DNA from: Chlorokybus atmophyticus
Taxonomy: Eukaryota > Plantae > Mesostigma and Chlorokybus algae
NCBI GenBank assembly: GCA_009103225.1
Contig: RHPI01003124.1
Coordinates: 373,757 to 437,756, forward strand
Length of the DNA: 64,000 nt
Direction of reading: 5' to 3'
In this document: positions 21,487-35,786 of the stretch, in pieces
Position numbering within the stretch: the first letter of the stretch is position 1
How the letters are laid out: each line of letters begins with the position of its first letter
Notes under the pieces: model-generated
Seen by the model: only the letters and a program-made list of their open reading frames with translations
What the model was told of the DNA's origin: nothing
Databases searched by the model: none
Position numbers and translations under genes: made by a program

Positions 21487-24400
21487 ATGGGGCGGGAGAG
21501 GCGGCGGCTGGTGGTGGCGCCGTCGTCATCGTTATTGCTAGCGTTGTCGTTGCTGGCGCTGACGCTCATGCCCGCGGCGGTTTTGGGCTTCAAGGAGGCT
21601 GAGTTCAAGAAATGCAAGGTGGCACCAACTAACAGGCATTCTGTGCTAAGCTCAGTACATTGAGCACAATAACATGCATGTCACACAGTTTGCTCGAGCA
21701 TTGTGATGATTGCACGATTGCATGTGTATGCCACCAATGCAGCCAGGCATGCACCGTCAGTTAGGCTGGATGGCAAATCGCAACAGCAGACACTGCATTG
21801 TTGAAGCAATTGTTGATATATCAGTTGACACAAGTATTGGCAATATACACACAAGTACAAGCTTAGCCATACTCACATCAACACACATCTGCTGCAGGAC
21901 GCAGCATTCTGCAGTAGGCACAGAGATCGTCAGCCAGGCGATAGCAGCTACGCCCTGCAAGAGGGGAGGCTGACTCAGTCTGGCACTGCCTTGGTTGGCA
22001 CTATCATAAACACTGCAGTCGCAGACAGGCGCTTTCTTATTACATTGACAGCATACAAAGGAGGCATTGTCAGGATCAAACTGACCGAAGGTATTATGTT
22101 TAACCTTTGCATGCAAGTTGATGAAAAACGTAGCTAATATGTATATGCAAGTTGTGATGTATGTAAATACTATCTGCAGATGGCAATGCCAGGTTTGAGG
22201 TTCCTGATGTGATTGAGCCTGACTTTGAGAGCAGTCAGCAAGTAGCTTTCGACTCTGTCACGCAGCCGAGTGAAGGCAAGACGGTGTTGAAACTTGGTGC
22301 GCACGAGGTTACTGTTGCGCATTCGCCTTTTGCCGTCTACGCGTCCACCAATGGAGTGGACACCATTGAGTTCAACTCTCGCGGCCTTTTTGACATCGAG
22401 CATAAAAGGGATCCCACTGAAGGTGATGCGCCCGGGTTGTTTGCGGAAACGTTCCGAAGCCACTCGGACTCCAAGAAGAAAGGCCCTCAGGTGTGGCTGT
22501 GAGTGTTGTCTCTGCGTGCGTGCGTGCGTGCATGGGTGCGTGGGTAACATCACATACAGCAAGCTTCACGCAATGAAAACCCTTGCTGTCTGTAGGCTAT
22601 TGCCATGGATGTCTCATTTCCGGGCTCTCGCCACGTATACGGAATACCTGAGCGAGCAAAAGCGATGGCGTTGCCGCCGACCAAGGGTGAGGGCGTCTCC
22701 TCCGAGCCGTATCGCATGTACAACTTGGACGTCTTTGAGTACCTAGCAGACTCTCCGTTCGGGTTGTACGGCTCTATCCCAATGATGGTTGCACACGACC
22801 AAACAACAACCCGCGGCGTGTTTTGGCTCAACAGTGCCGAGATGTGGGTGGATGTCATGAATTCTGATCAGGTATATGTGTGTGTGCGCAAGCTCATGTG
22901 TTCATTCAGTGGTGAACTTTCTTTGTCTCTTTGCTTACACAACGATGCATGCAACAGGGCACGGACACGCTTTGGATAGCAGAAAGTGGTGTCCTTGACC
23001 TGTTCTTCATGCTGGGTCCCACTCCTTCGGAAGTGTTTGCACAATATGGGCGCCTCACGGGTACAACAAGCATGCCGCAGTACTTCTCCATCGCCTATCA
23101 CCAGTGCAGGTGGAACTACCGTGACGAAGCCGACGTCAACGCAACTGATGCAGGTTTGCAAACAGTGGGTTGTACTGTATTTTCATGTTTTGTGCAATAC
23201 GCGATCTGATAGGTAGTATCCTGCAGGCTTTGATGAGCACAACCTGCCTTATGACGTGCTGTGGTTGGACATCGAACACACTGATGGCAAGAAGTACATG
23301 ACATGGGACTCACGTGCATTTCCTAAGCCAGTGGAGATGCAGCAGGTAACAGCTCTGTCTGCAACCTATTGGCATTCTCCAGTAGTTGCTTTATGTCTAC
23401 TCATTGGGCACCGTGAGTGTGTTGTGGTTATTGTTGAAGTGGTGCTGGTTGCAGAGAATAGCGGGCAAGACACGCAAGATGGTGACAATCATTGATCCCC
23501 ACATAAAAAGGGACAGCAACTTCATGCTGCATTCAGAGGCTTCATCCAAAGGCTACTATGTCAAGGATGCCAATGGCAATGTAAGTCACACAAGTTCCTT
23601 CACGTGTGTCACTCATCGCGCATGAACTTCATGCATCCGCAATCATGAATGTTGAGGTGTTGACCATTCGTCAATGCAGGAGTATGACGGCTGGTGTTGG
23701 CCAGGCTCAAGCTCTTATCTGGATGTGCTGAACCCGGCCATCCGTTCATGGTGGGCAGACAAGTTCTCACTCAGCTCCTACAAAGGAAGCACCGAGCATC
23801 TGTACATATGGAACGACATGAACGAACCATCGGTGTTCAACGGCCCTGAGGTAAGCGTCACATGAGATGCTGCTCAAGCCAGTCACATTGACAAGCGTCT
23901 TGTTGACTTGCTCCTCCATGCATTGCAGATCACAATGCCCAAGGATGCCTTGCACTACGGCGACGTCGAACACAGAGATGTCCACAACCTGTACGGATAT
24001 CTGTATCATGCTGCCACTGCAGAGGGGCTTCTCCGACGCGGCAAAGGGCAGGTATACCACAACAACCCATGCAGCTCCCTTAGGATGATGACAGACACGT
24101 TGCTTATAACCTTGTAAATCAGGACCGGCCTTTTGTGCTCTCAAGAGCGTTCTATGCTGGAACGCAAAAAGTTGGGCCCATATGGACTGGTGACAATGAG
24201 GCCTCTTGGGACCATCTTAAAGTGTCCATTCCCATGCTGCTGACCTTAGGATTAACAGGGCTACCCAACAGCGGTACGCTTCCTAGCATTACGTGTACAA
24301 GCATGCTAGCTGCAATGCACGTGTGTCCAACAACTGCATTATTATCAGGTGCTGATATCGGCGGTTTCTTTGGCAACCCTGAGCCGGAGCTTCTTGTGCG

Positions 24401-25490
24401 CTGGTACCAACTCGGCGCATACTACCCATTCTTCAGGGGCCACGCGCACTTGGACACGAGGCGGCGAGAGCCGTGGCTGTTTGGTGAAGAGAACACCGCG
24501 TTGATTCGTGAGGCTTTGCGCACGTGAGTACTTGTTTTGAGCATACGTATGTAATCACAATCAGCAATCCCATTGTGGTTGAAGTAAGCTGTGTCGGCAG
24601 GCGCTACGCACTTCTGCCACATTTGTACACTCTCTTTCACCAAACGAGCGTGGATGGGAGCCCGATCATGCGCCCGCTTTGGGTGGAGTACCCGGCGGAC
24701 ACGTCCACATACGCGATGCAAGAGGAGTTCCTGTTGGGTAAGGATCTATTAATCAGACCGGTGCTGGACGCTGGCGCTACCAGCGTCGAAGTATATCTCC
24801 CGGGCCAGCAGCCCTGGTATGACATCGTCAGTGGTAGGAAGATCAGCCCCGGGCGCATATCTGTTCCAGTGACCATGTCCAGCACGCCCGCGTATCAGCG
24901 AGGCGGCAGCATCATACCACGCCAAGAAAGGCCACGACGCAGGCAAGCTGTGTACAATATTTGCATAAGTCAGTGAGCCTTCAAGCTGGCTTTGCCATGG
25001 GACACAACATGTCACCATGGATGATCAGGATTGTTAGCTTGCGGCACTGTTGGTCGCACTGGTTGAATCTGTTGTGTTTGTTCGCAGCTCGAAGGCAATG
25101 GAAAAGGATCCGTACACGCTGTTTGTTGCGCTGGACAACACGGCATCTGCAGAGGGAGAGATCTACATTGATGACGGGCGGTCTTACGCCTTCCGGGACG
25201 GAGCCTTTGTACAGCGCAAGTTTTCCTACCGCAACAATGCACTCAGCTCAATCGACGTCTCAGAGGGTAGGAGCAACGGCAAGTTCACCGTCGCGAATGA
25301 GGTAGAGCGCATTGTCATCTTTGGGCTACGAAACCCCCCTCCCAAGTCTGCAATGGTTGAATCCAGTGGTTTCAAGCGGGAGGTTAAGCTTGCTTCAGGG
25401 CGTGATTTGCCCAATACGCCTGCGGAAGTGGTGGTCATTCGCAAGCCTGGCGTGCAGGTAGCTGGGGATTGGGTCATCTCTTTGCAGTGA
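21487..25490 (+). CDS. GANAB: ER glucosidase II alpha subunit (GH31), 13 exons, ~905 aa, intact
   Basis: Exons 21487-21618, 21898-22090, 22180-22490, 22596-22871, 22958-23153, 23227-23345, 23455-23580, 23680-23850, 23929-24051, 24123-24273, 24349-24523, 24601-24942, 25088-25490 splice in frame (2,718 nt). Signal peptide, [35 protein letters not shown]. Confidence 0.96.
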
Positions 25491-26639
25491 TAGCTGAGCG
25501 CACGTAGGGCGCTTGTTGTAAGTTTTGTAAGTTTTGCATTCTTGTACATTGTGCAAACAAGACTGGCTTCTTGCTTATCAACGGTGTTTGCCAGCCTCTG
25601 TCATGCACACCCAGTAGGGTTGTTTTTAAGGACCAGCAAGTGCCCAGCTGGGAAACTATGCTTGCCTTGTAGCAAGGGGCATTACCTTCTGTTTAGAGGC
25701 TATCCTATACGGACTTCTGATGCAATCAGGTCTGTAGCTCTAGTGCTAGTCAAAGAGTGATGTGGGGCTAAGTGCGAAGGCACATTGCCCAAGCAAGAAT
25801 TCAGGGTGCTTCACACAGCATTGCAAGGCAGTCAAGCGGCCTGTCAGGCATCATGCGGAGTCCTTGCGTGTTGTACTTACCCATGTACATCTGTATACAT
25901 GTCACCTTGCCTGCAGCACACTGTCTTTCTTTCTGATGATTTTGCCGCACAAACGAAGCGATTGTTCTAACACCACAGCTCATGCACATGTCGCACAACA
26001 AGTGCTCTTCAAGCTCAACTTCTTCGCTAACAGCATTGTCCTAGAAATGATTATCCATACACTGTATGCGCTGTACAGCAACATGCTGAGCCCACACAGT
26101 TCAGTGCATGCACAAGGCCGAAAGTGCAACAAGCATTGCTGCACTTGACACCAGCGCCGAAAGGCATGATCCCGTCGTGACATTGTTCTAGGCATTGCCG
26201 ACTTGGACAACCTACAACTCCTCCCCTCATATATGGCATTTCAGAATGGGTAGCACAGTACTCTACTGTTCAGCGTACACGGCTGCAAAGAAGCCAAGGG
26301 TTGTACTAGTCCGGGTTCAATACCTTGCTGGCAAACTCCGCTGCTGATTGAGACAAACGGGTGCTTGGCCGATGGTCTTTATTGACATCAACGACTTCTC
26401 GAGCAGCTCCATCTCGCAAGATCAAGCGGCCAACTCTGCAATGACTTGACAATGCTAACTAAGTGAAACGCTCGTCCAGCGGTACCCGCGAACTGAGGCA
26501 AACTCGATATGCAGACGCTTGAGCGCAAGCCTATACGAGCTGTTCAAAACAGAAGCGCATTCAAATTGATCAGCTATCAACACGTTCATACACGTCATTG
26601 TATGAGTCACTATTAGCCATTATGATAGATTATCTTGGC

Positions 26640-27490
26640 ATGACATGCAGCATGCCTTTTATAAACGGGCATGTCTCACCTTCACTCCAATGGACCCTGC
26701 CAAGTTGGCCCTGCAAGGTTGGCTTCGCCCCAATGTCACAGTGGGTACCAGTCGCATTCATCAACCTTAAGCGTATGTGATTGTACTATTATGGAATGCG
26801 ACACATCGGATACAATGTACCATACATGTACGCCATACGCATGTACGGTACATATATACGAAGCAGTACATTGTACACATGTTGGCCCTATTTTGTGCAC
26901 ATCTCAACTTAATTGAATTAAAATATAAAGTGTAACTATGTATTAATATTTGCATACCCATCATCAATGGGGAACAATTAACTGTTCTTGACACATGTTG
27001 ATGTATAAGTCGGCTCGACTTGTCTATTAATAAATCAAACGCATGTAACATGATAAGGCAATGCTTGATAGCTCCCTTATGTAGCCTTCCCAAAGACTTT
27101 GGCATCATGCAAAGATGTATAGCTCAAACTTTCCGCACCTTCGCGCACGGCTTATGATGGTGCTCTTTATTGCAATCATCATGCTGGTGCAGAATGCAAA
27201 TTTGCTCTGCTCCACCACGCCGTATACATAGGCATTGGTTGTCGGGTTGCCTTAATGTGTGATGGGCTATATATATATATGTATATATATACATATATAT
27301 ACACATACATAAATATATATATACAAATCACTTGCACATGTCATCACTTGCACATGATGATGGAAACGCCATTGCACTACATTATCCACTTCTTTATAAT
27401 GTAATTGATTAATTACATGACATACAATTACATTACAACACTGATGGTTCTCTTGCAAATTCTTCCACCATGCAGTACTTGATGTCGCGA
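26640..27490 (-). mobile_element. Possible very old PIF/Harbinger-type transposase remnant in an AT-rich island
   Basis: Stop-riddled minus frames give ICKRTISVVM (HTH-like), SLHDAKVF, IDDGYAN and KACCM in the expected order. Weak evidence. Confidence 0.3.
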
Positions 27491-29460
27491 GCTTGGGCAC
27501 ATGTTTGAACCCCGTTGCGTGCGGGGGGGGGGGGGGGGGGGGGGNNNNNNNNNNNNNNNNNNNNNNNNNNNNNNNNNNNNNNNNNNNNNNNNNNNNNNNN
27601 NNNNNNNNNNNNNNNNNNNNNNNNNNNNNNNNNNNNNNNNNNNNNNNNNNNNNNNNNNNNNNNNNNNNNNNNNNNNNNNNNNNGGGGGGGCTATGTTTAT
27701 GTTAGCAGCCATTGGGTTAGCATGTGGATCGTATCAGGCGCGGTCCTCTGCACGCGCTTGCTTGCGGGGCTAATGTATCTTGCTGGTACGACATTTCATG
27801 TATTTGAACGCAAATAGAAAGCGCTGGCGAATGTCGCAAATAGTGTGATGCTTGGCTAATATTGCAAAAACGTCACGCCTCGTTTTGCTTGCTACAATGA
27901 CCTGCTGGGTTGATACAATATATTCCTACCTGCCGGTTCAAACCATGCACGGCACTGTGATGGATGACAGCAGTACTAGTTGCACAAGATCGCACACACG
28001 CATCGGGGGGCTGTGTTTCGCACTTGCAATCAATGGCTGCATCAACGGTAGCTGAATGTGCGACAGCATTAAACACAATCGATTACATATCCCAGTTGTT
28101 TGTGAGCAGCATGCCAGATGCGGTGCATATTGAACGCGACAAACCTTGAGTGCAGGGTCATGCATTACTTATACACAAGGGGTATGCTGCGCCGGCATGC
28201 ATGTGTTAAGTTATAGATGCTGACCTTGGGGCAAAGCATACCAATTTCTTGCATCCGCAAGTGGATTACTGTAGCCTGCTTTCCGTCAAGCACACGCAAT
28301 AGGGATGATGACATGGACCAGCACGTGCTAGCTGAGATGTTATGCTGGCCTCATGGCAAGGGGGATTACCATCGAAGTTCAAACTAGCAAATTCTGTGCA
28401 GCAAATTCACTCTGGTGCATCGCACCAAAAGTGAACCCACCGGCCAACAAGCCCCGCGCACGGTTGCTCTGAGTGTGATGTGAAATGGTATGGCAGGGCG
28501 CGAATAAGCGCTTGATTTCGGGCAAGTTTTCTGAGCATGTCAATCAGCATGGCTATTGCAGTTGCAGGTAGAGACACACGGAGTCCTTGCATGCATGACT
28601 AGCTGCACAACACTGGCAGTATTTGGTAGTTGTGCTGCACACAAACAGCCCGCATTGTTCTGACATCGAAATGCAACAGCATTGCTGCACCTGCAAGACC
28701 AGGGGCGCGCAGGAAACATCCGCTGTCATATTATATGCGATGGCGAGCCTTATACAGTTGTCGTTGAGCAGCGACAGCAGGATGTAGCTGTTGGCAAGCG
28801 TAGCACTGTGCCAACCTAATGCCTCCGTTAGCAAGGTCAACTCAAGCACTGTTGTGCTAGCAATCGCGCAGCTGTAGGCGCATTACTGCTGTCGCTTCTG
28901 GAACTTGGTTGCCTGCCAATTGCGCAATGCAAGAACAGGTCATGCAAGCAGTTGACACTCATTGCTCTACAGTTCAAAACTGTCATGCAACCAGATTGCG
29001 TGCGTGCGCTTTGCACATCTCTTAGCTCAAATTGTGCCCTCAAATAACTTGCACCACACAGCCATTGTTCTTGCATGTTACATGATGTGGTATAGTGTAG
29101 CCAAGCATTATGCTGCTGGTCATGGGTACCTCGCACTCCAGGAGCTGTGGCCAACCTCCACTGACATGCATAGCGCAGACAAGGCATGAAACTGGTACAG
29201 CATGCCTGTAGTTGTTGAGACCAGCTGTTAACTATACGGGCTTGAGAGGTTGTTGTGAGCACACAAGCACAATGCCCTCCCACATTGCCATTGGACTTCT
29301 GCCTTCAATTGCACCAGTAGTCTCACCAACCTAAAGCAAGCGCACTGAACTCAGCATTGGCCCTTGCAGTTGATGGGCATTGCTGACTTCACATTCTGCC
29401 AATAACATTGTGTCTTCCACAATGTGGGGACAGTGCCAAAGAAGCTAGGGGTTGGAAGGA

Positions 29461-30406
29461 ATGGCAGCCAAGGCGCCCAGAGTTGAGGAGTTGGGCGCTT
29501 CGCTCATCAGCTGCCTGCTGACTGTCCCACAGTTGCTCAGCAGGCTGCAATGTGTGGTGCACGTGGTGAGTCATCAACCATCCAGACTGCTGCCATACTG
29601 CTGGTTGGTTCATCTGCCTCGCTCCTATTGCTTTGTAGGATGATGCTGCGCGGCTGTGCGGAGTCTCCAAAGCCATGCGAGCGCTTGTCAAGGAAGACCC
29701 CGCTTTCTGGCACAAGGCCATCTTGGAATATACAAAATTGCTAGAGTTTGCGAGGTTTGCTTGCGCTAACGCACTAGTAGCAGCTCCACAAGAACTTGAG
29801 GTTGAGGCAATCCCTCCGTGCGAGGTTTGAATGCGTTGCCTTCGTGCTTGCATGTTTCTTGTCTTCAGGTGGAACTTTGGTATGAATTTCTTTCTTGGTA
29901 CGCAACATGAGAATGACCTTATGCAGGGTCTAAACTGTATGAACATCGCAGGCTACCTATTTAAGCGTTTCCACAAGCTGTCAATACACCTGCAACCAGC
30001 CGACACCGGTTATATGCACCCCGTTGAGTACGGACTTTACCGCCTTGAGGACTTGCGTGGATTCACAATCCATTTGCTAGATACAGAGAGCCATCCATCA
30101 ACTGTTGTGAAAGAAGTAGCCTTGATAGGGGGCGTCTCGCCGTTGAAGACACTCACTTTACAAACGGGTCGAAGGGCGGTGCTATTGATTGATATCCCCG
30201 AGCTTGACAACCTTCGGCACCTTCGCTGTCAAGGAATTGTCCAGTTCAAAGTCAAACCACAACTACCACGCTTGGAGACTTGCGAACTGTTGATGCCAAG
30301 CACATACCTCGCTGAGGCAGTCGGCTGCTTGGATTCAGTGCTCCATCATGTAAGCCTTACCATTGAAGTTGAGATGGCAGCTGATGTCAGAGAGGAGAGT
30401 GACTGA
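29461..30406 (+). CDS. F-box-like protein with LRR/FBD-like C-terminal region (copy A); open frame but apparently 3'-truncated
   Basis: Exons 29461-29565, 29639-29754, 29869-30406 splice in frame (252 aa). F-box-like ELGASLISCLLTVPQLL..DAARLCGVSKAMRALV..FW, then LRHLRC..LPRLETCEL. Similarity to copy B stops at ~30390. Confidence 0.5.
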
Positions 30407-30839
30407 GTGCCATAGACTATGCTGTGCTTTGAGCGATGCTGGTCTGTTCGTGTCCCTCGTGCGTGCTCGTAACAGTTATTTATATATGCACATTGGAGTG
30501 CGTAGCGCGCTGTGAGCCTGGCTCTCGCAAGATGTGTTTCTTGCAGGCGGCGCTCCTGTTGCACATGCCAGAGTACATGCAAACACAGCAGCTTGTTAAT
30601 GGCAGAGAAACTTAGCAGTGCCATACAATTTCAATGTCGCTGTGACATTGCTAGCTTGACGTTTCTAGCGTTGGACAACGGTAGTGGCTGATATATACAG
30701 TCAAGCAGGTCAGGTCAACCGCTAGTAGCGGTTGGCATTGGCGGCAGCAGCCATTGCATGTTTTAGCTCGTGCTGCTGCTTCTGAGCAAGTTCAAGTACT
30801 GTCCAGCAAGCGCCTGCTGCAGCATGCGAAGCTCTACGT

Positions 30840-31070
30840 TGAGCTCATCGACCACCACGACAGTGACTGACCTGATGACGCTTCCACATCTGCTGAGCGG
30901 TGTACAGTCAGTCACGCATGCGGTAAGTTGAGCTCATGATGCGGCTGCACTGTCACAATAAAGTGTGGCACTTTATTGCTTCATCAGCCATGTTACAGGA
31001 AGATCCTGCTCGGCTGTATTGTGTCTCCAAAGGCATGCAAGCTTGTCAAAGGAAATCCAGCCTGTAGGCA
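30840..31070 (+). pseudogene. Third F-box-like N-terminal fragment
   Basis: DLMTLPHLLSGVQSVTHA|gtaagt...cag|EDPARLYCVSKGM mirrors exons 1-2 of copies A and B. Confidence 0.55.
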
Positions 31071-31950
31071 CTGAGCAACGCTAGCACTGTAGCACTGTAG
31101 CATTGAGCAACGCGTTGTTGTTGCTGTTGTCGTTGTGTATCTGTACGCAATACCCCGAGTGACTGTCTTCGTATGCACGCATTGCTACTGCTTGACACTG
31201 CGCAGGCGTGGCGGTATTGCTTGCAACAGCAAGCACTCAGTTTCACACCTCCTTCAGTACTAATCCGTAGTACAATGCAGTGGCAGCGGCAGACTGTGTG
31301 CGTGCACCGCCTCTATACGCGAGCGCGCGCGCGCTCTTATGACACACACGCAGTGCGCTCTAGTGGGCGCGGGGCAACGTGTATGTGCATGCTATGCACA
31401 TGCATGCGCATATGTCGCACCCACCTAGTGGGTGGGTGCGACAGTGCGCATATGTAGCCTCTGTGGTTGGAAGGAGGTTCCGGTGTTCCACCTACTAAGT
31501 GATAGTATGTTGGAGAAGCGCACACGTGTTATGTTCAAACTTGCAAGGCACCTACTTGCTGCAACATCCCTTGAGACGTTTGTGTACATGGACTTCACAC
31601 AACTATACCATATACAGATGCATGCGTGTGCCTAGGCATGGTTGCGCACACGCGTGCACACGCGTGCACGCACATAAACATGGACATGTATGTGCACAAT
31701 TCACACGATCAGATGTACGGACACTTGGCGCGATGCACTGAGCGTCCTAGACACAGCAGTTGGGACTCTGACGACTGATGTATAGGGACACAAGGGGGGC
31801 GACCCTTCAAGGACACCAGTTGTGTCCCTGCAGCCACTAGGCCACAGCACCGAGCGTGGCTGTCGATGGTGGAGGAGGAATGCGAGAGGAGGCGTGTTCA
31901 ACGGTAGACCAACTTAGGCTGCATGTCGCCCCAATGTACCATATATGGCT

Positions 31951-32032
31951 GCCAGTCTGCTGCATGAACATCCCCTGGCTGCCAGCAGTAGGCACTGCTG
32001 GCAGCCAGGGGATGTTCATGCAGCAGACTGGC
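31951..32032. repeat. Perfect 39-bp inverted repeat with a 4-nt loop
   Basis: 31951-31989 is the exact reverse complement of 31994-32032. Confidence 0.97.
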
Positions 32033-33989
32033 TTTACGGATGTGCTTCGGAAGCATATCTCGATAGCCACAAGGCCGTGCGTCGCATAGTGTTGTGCCAA
32101 GAGTTGTGCCACTTGCGAGCGCCTTGCCTATACATGTGCCACCCTGCCGAACGGGCGACACTGCTTGTCTCAAGGACTGCGACTGAGGGACAACAGTGTT
32201 GCTCCTGGGGATGCGCTGTCCCTGTGGTTGGAGTGCAACCACTGGGAGCATATACACGCACGCTTTCAGCCTCTCACATGCATGCACATGCACACGCGCC
32301 ACAACTTGATATGCGCACAGCACATGCATTGATGAGGTACAATTTCTGTGGCATCGTCCTACGCACAGACAGCCATGCAGCCACATGCTTGCTCACATCA
32401 CACCGCAGTGTACTTGGTACAACACGGCGCCGGTCGCTCCTCATCAGGGAGCACGTAGTACACCGAACCCCAGCGCAGTGACACACCGTCCCGCCAATGC
32501 ACTAGCTACCTGCATCGCCGTCCTCCCCGCAAGTCCAAAGTCAGCGCTGCATCCGCCTCCATCATGGCCGCCTCCATGGGATGGGCACCCCGCCTGGCAC
32601 CTCCGCCCTGACCTTACAGATCAGACGTGCATAGGTACGACCAGTACTGTGTAGCCTCACATCTGGTTAGTGCCATCAATTTTACCTGTGTACCCTGTGT
32701 ACCCTGCATACTCTATGTATACAGCGACCTGCTGAGTCCAAACAGTTGAGTGCATGAACGAGTCTGCAACAAGCAATGCTGCCCTTGCAAGACCAGGGGC
32801 GCAGAGGCATAATTCCACCGTTGTTCTTACCCACGTTGAAAACTCGCCACATGCACCAACATGCAGCCTCCGACTTCTCCCCCCGTTCCCTGCACGACAA
32901 CATGGGTAGCAATGCTCTTATGCTTAGCAGGCATAACTGCTAAGAAGCCACGCCTCTCATAGTGTCACAACATAAACTAAGTTGTTCGCTGTATACACTT
33001 CAATAGCTCAGCTACGTGCACTGCACGTAGCTGAGCTAGGAATCTTGGACTCTTGTGTCATGCTTAATACACTACTGACTTTCGTGCAGTAAAAAAAAAA
33101 AGGAAAGAAGCCACGGCTTGATCCCCTGGGTGTAATACTTTGTTTAAAACTCCACTGCTGATTGGGGGAAGAAAGTTCTCGGGCAATGGTTTCATTTTAC
33201 CTCCACAACGTGACGAGAAGCTCCATCTCGCAAATGGGAATGAGATTCAAGGTGTACACTAGAATGCATGCTGCGCAAACAGCCTCTGGGCCAAAGCACG
33301 CATACATTGTATAAACACTGCTTGGCAAGTGGGCGTCAACTGTTGACCATGCCTATGCGCATACCCACCAGCGCACATGCCTACGCCGGTTGGACGCACG
33401 TGCGCACGCATACCGCGTGAGTTGTGGCACCAACGTGCACACGGACTCCAAGCTGTTGGACAGCTGCTGAATGGCTTGACACATGCAGGCAGTTGACATC
33501 ATTAAAAGCATTGCAACACTAGTCTTTCAACCTCATACGCCGGCAATGTGCAGTCAGGCTACGCGCACCAGTGGTTTCAAATGTAAGGGAGCTGGTTTGG
33601 CAGAGTCATGCTCTTCATGACACGCACATCAAACACTAGTCCACACTCAGGCTGTTTCAACCGTGCACAGGATAAGGTCTTGTCGCTTACAGCACAGCAC
33701 CTTCTGCGGCACTCAATCACGTCACTTGCAAATGGGAGCACATGCACACCATGTGCACTACACCGGCGTTCATTACTTCACAGCTTGGGCAACCCAAGTA
33801 CACTAACGAGGTGTTAGCAGTAGTAGGTAGATTAGGTAGAGTAGCCCGGTGGTGAACTACGTGGTAGTGTGAAATGTGAGTGGTATGATTGTGGGATGGT
33901 GATGGTCGCTGTGCATGAGCATATGCCACGCGCATTGTATGTAAGATAGGCACTTACGCACACCAACCCAAGTTCGTCCACCATGGTAT

Positions 33990-35786
33990 GTCCGACATAC
34001 CATTGTGAACGAACTTGCAGTGCAAATGCCCAGGCTGTGAGTGAGATGAATGAGACTGCAATCATGGATCTCCAGATTGTCCCTTGCCTTCAGCGCTGGC
34101 GCGCCGCGACTATCAAAGTGCCTGCCAGGCCTCAGTGTCACCACCATCCGGATAAACCCCCACTTTTCTCCCTCAGAAACCGCATCATGCCTTGTTGGCA
34201 TGATGCCAACATGGAAAAGAAGTTGGTGTTCAGGCAGGGTTTTACTGAACCCACAGGTAGAAGTCGTCCAAGTTCTGTATCTTATCGACAAATCCAAGTG
34301 TTGTTCGGGACACAAAGACAGTTGGCCGGCGGGTTGGGTTCACATCAATGACTTTGCGAGCAGCGCCATTGCGCAGAATGAAGGTTGGTCCATTGGGCTG
34401 CTGCTGTGCTGAACCATTAGCCACATTCAGAACACTGGTTGCACATTGCGCAATGCGCCATAGATTGGATAAGGGACATCACCCCGTCCTTGAATGGCGC
34501 CAACTGCATCCATGGCTGGAAAGCTAGCCTCCACATCCCTTTGAAGTAAAACAATTGTCTTAGCGTCGAAGCGATTGCACACCATCTTCATATGGACATA
34601 ACCGCCTCGACTCAGAATAATCAGCTCCTTGAATTGATTACCGGGAGCTGTACAGGAATGCTGGGTTGAAACTGACATGATTGTCTGTCCACATTTTAAG
34701 CACGGGTGGCAGTTGAGCAAAAACCTGACAATTAAGGCTGCAGAAGTGGTTGGACTGGCGATGAAGCATTGGATGCATCACCAACAGTGTCCACTCTTGT
34801 GCTGTCGGAAGGTCTTGCAAGACCAGAGTGGCATGATCATGGACGACCTCAAGCCACACCACGAGGGTTAGACACCGTAGCTCTGCGCACTCGGAATCCC
34901 GTCCTATGGATACATGTGTGACAGCAGCTCCCACTTCAACTCCAACAGTAAGGCTTACAATGCTGCGCCAAATTCAGGTTACTGACCGCTTCAGCAAGGT
35001 AGTCTTTGCGCAAAAACAGCTCGCAAGTCTCCAGGCGTGGTAGCTCTGGCATGTCCTTGAACTGAATATTCCCTTTACAGCGAAGATGCCGAAGGTTGTC
35101 AAACGGGGGGATGTCAATGGACAGCAACGCCCTTTGACCTGTTTGCAAGTCAGTGTTTCCAGTGGCGGCATGGCTCCCCCCATGAAGGCTACTTCTTTTG
35201 TAACTGTTGATGGATGCCTTTCTGCATCCAGCAGATGAAGTGTGAACTCACGCAAGTTCTCAAGCCAATGAAGTCCGTACTCAACGTTGGCCCTGTCGAT
35301 GGTGCTGGCTGGCTGCAAGTGTATTGATAGTTTCTCTAAACGCGAAAACAGATGGCCTGCGACGTTCATGCAGTGGAGATCCTGCATCAAACCACTCACT
35401 TATTGCGTACCAACAGAAGGACGTCATGCCAAGGACAAACATGCAGTCAAGCAACGTGAACACATGAATGCAGCGCACTCATACGTTAGCGCAAGCAAAC
35501 CTCACAAACTCCAGCAATTCTGTGTGATTTAAGATGGCCATTTGCCAGAAAGCGGGGTCTTCCTTGACAATCGCTCGCATGGCTTTGGAGACTCCGCACA
35601 GCCGCGCAGCGTCGTCCTACCGAGCGATGAGGCAAATAAGTCAACCAGCGTGGCAGCAGTCTCAGGCAATTGATGATTTACCACGTATACCGCAGACTGT
35701 ACGCTGCTGAGCAGCTGTGGGACAGTCATCAGGCAGCTGATGAGCGAATGGCTTAAGTCCTTAACAATAGGCGCCTTGGCTGCCAT
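33990..35786 (-). pseudogene. F-box-like paralog (copy B), inverted relative to copy A
   Basis: Exons 35786-35682 and 35616-35501 have the same lengths as in copy A (105 and 116 nt). The exon-3 acceptor is deleted, there is a frameshift near 35148, and more LRR-like segments follow downstream. Confidence 0.7.
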
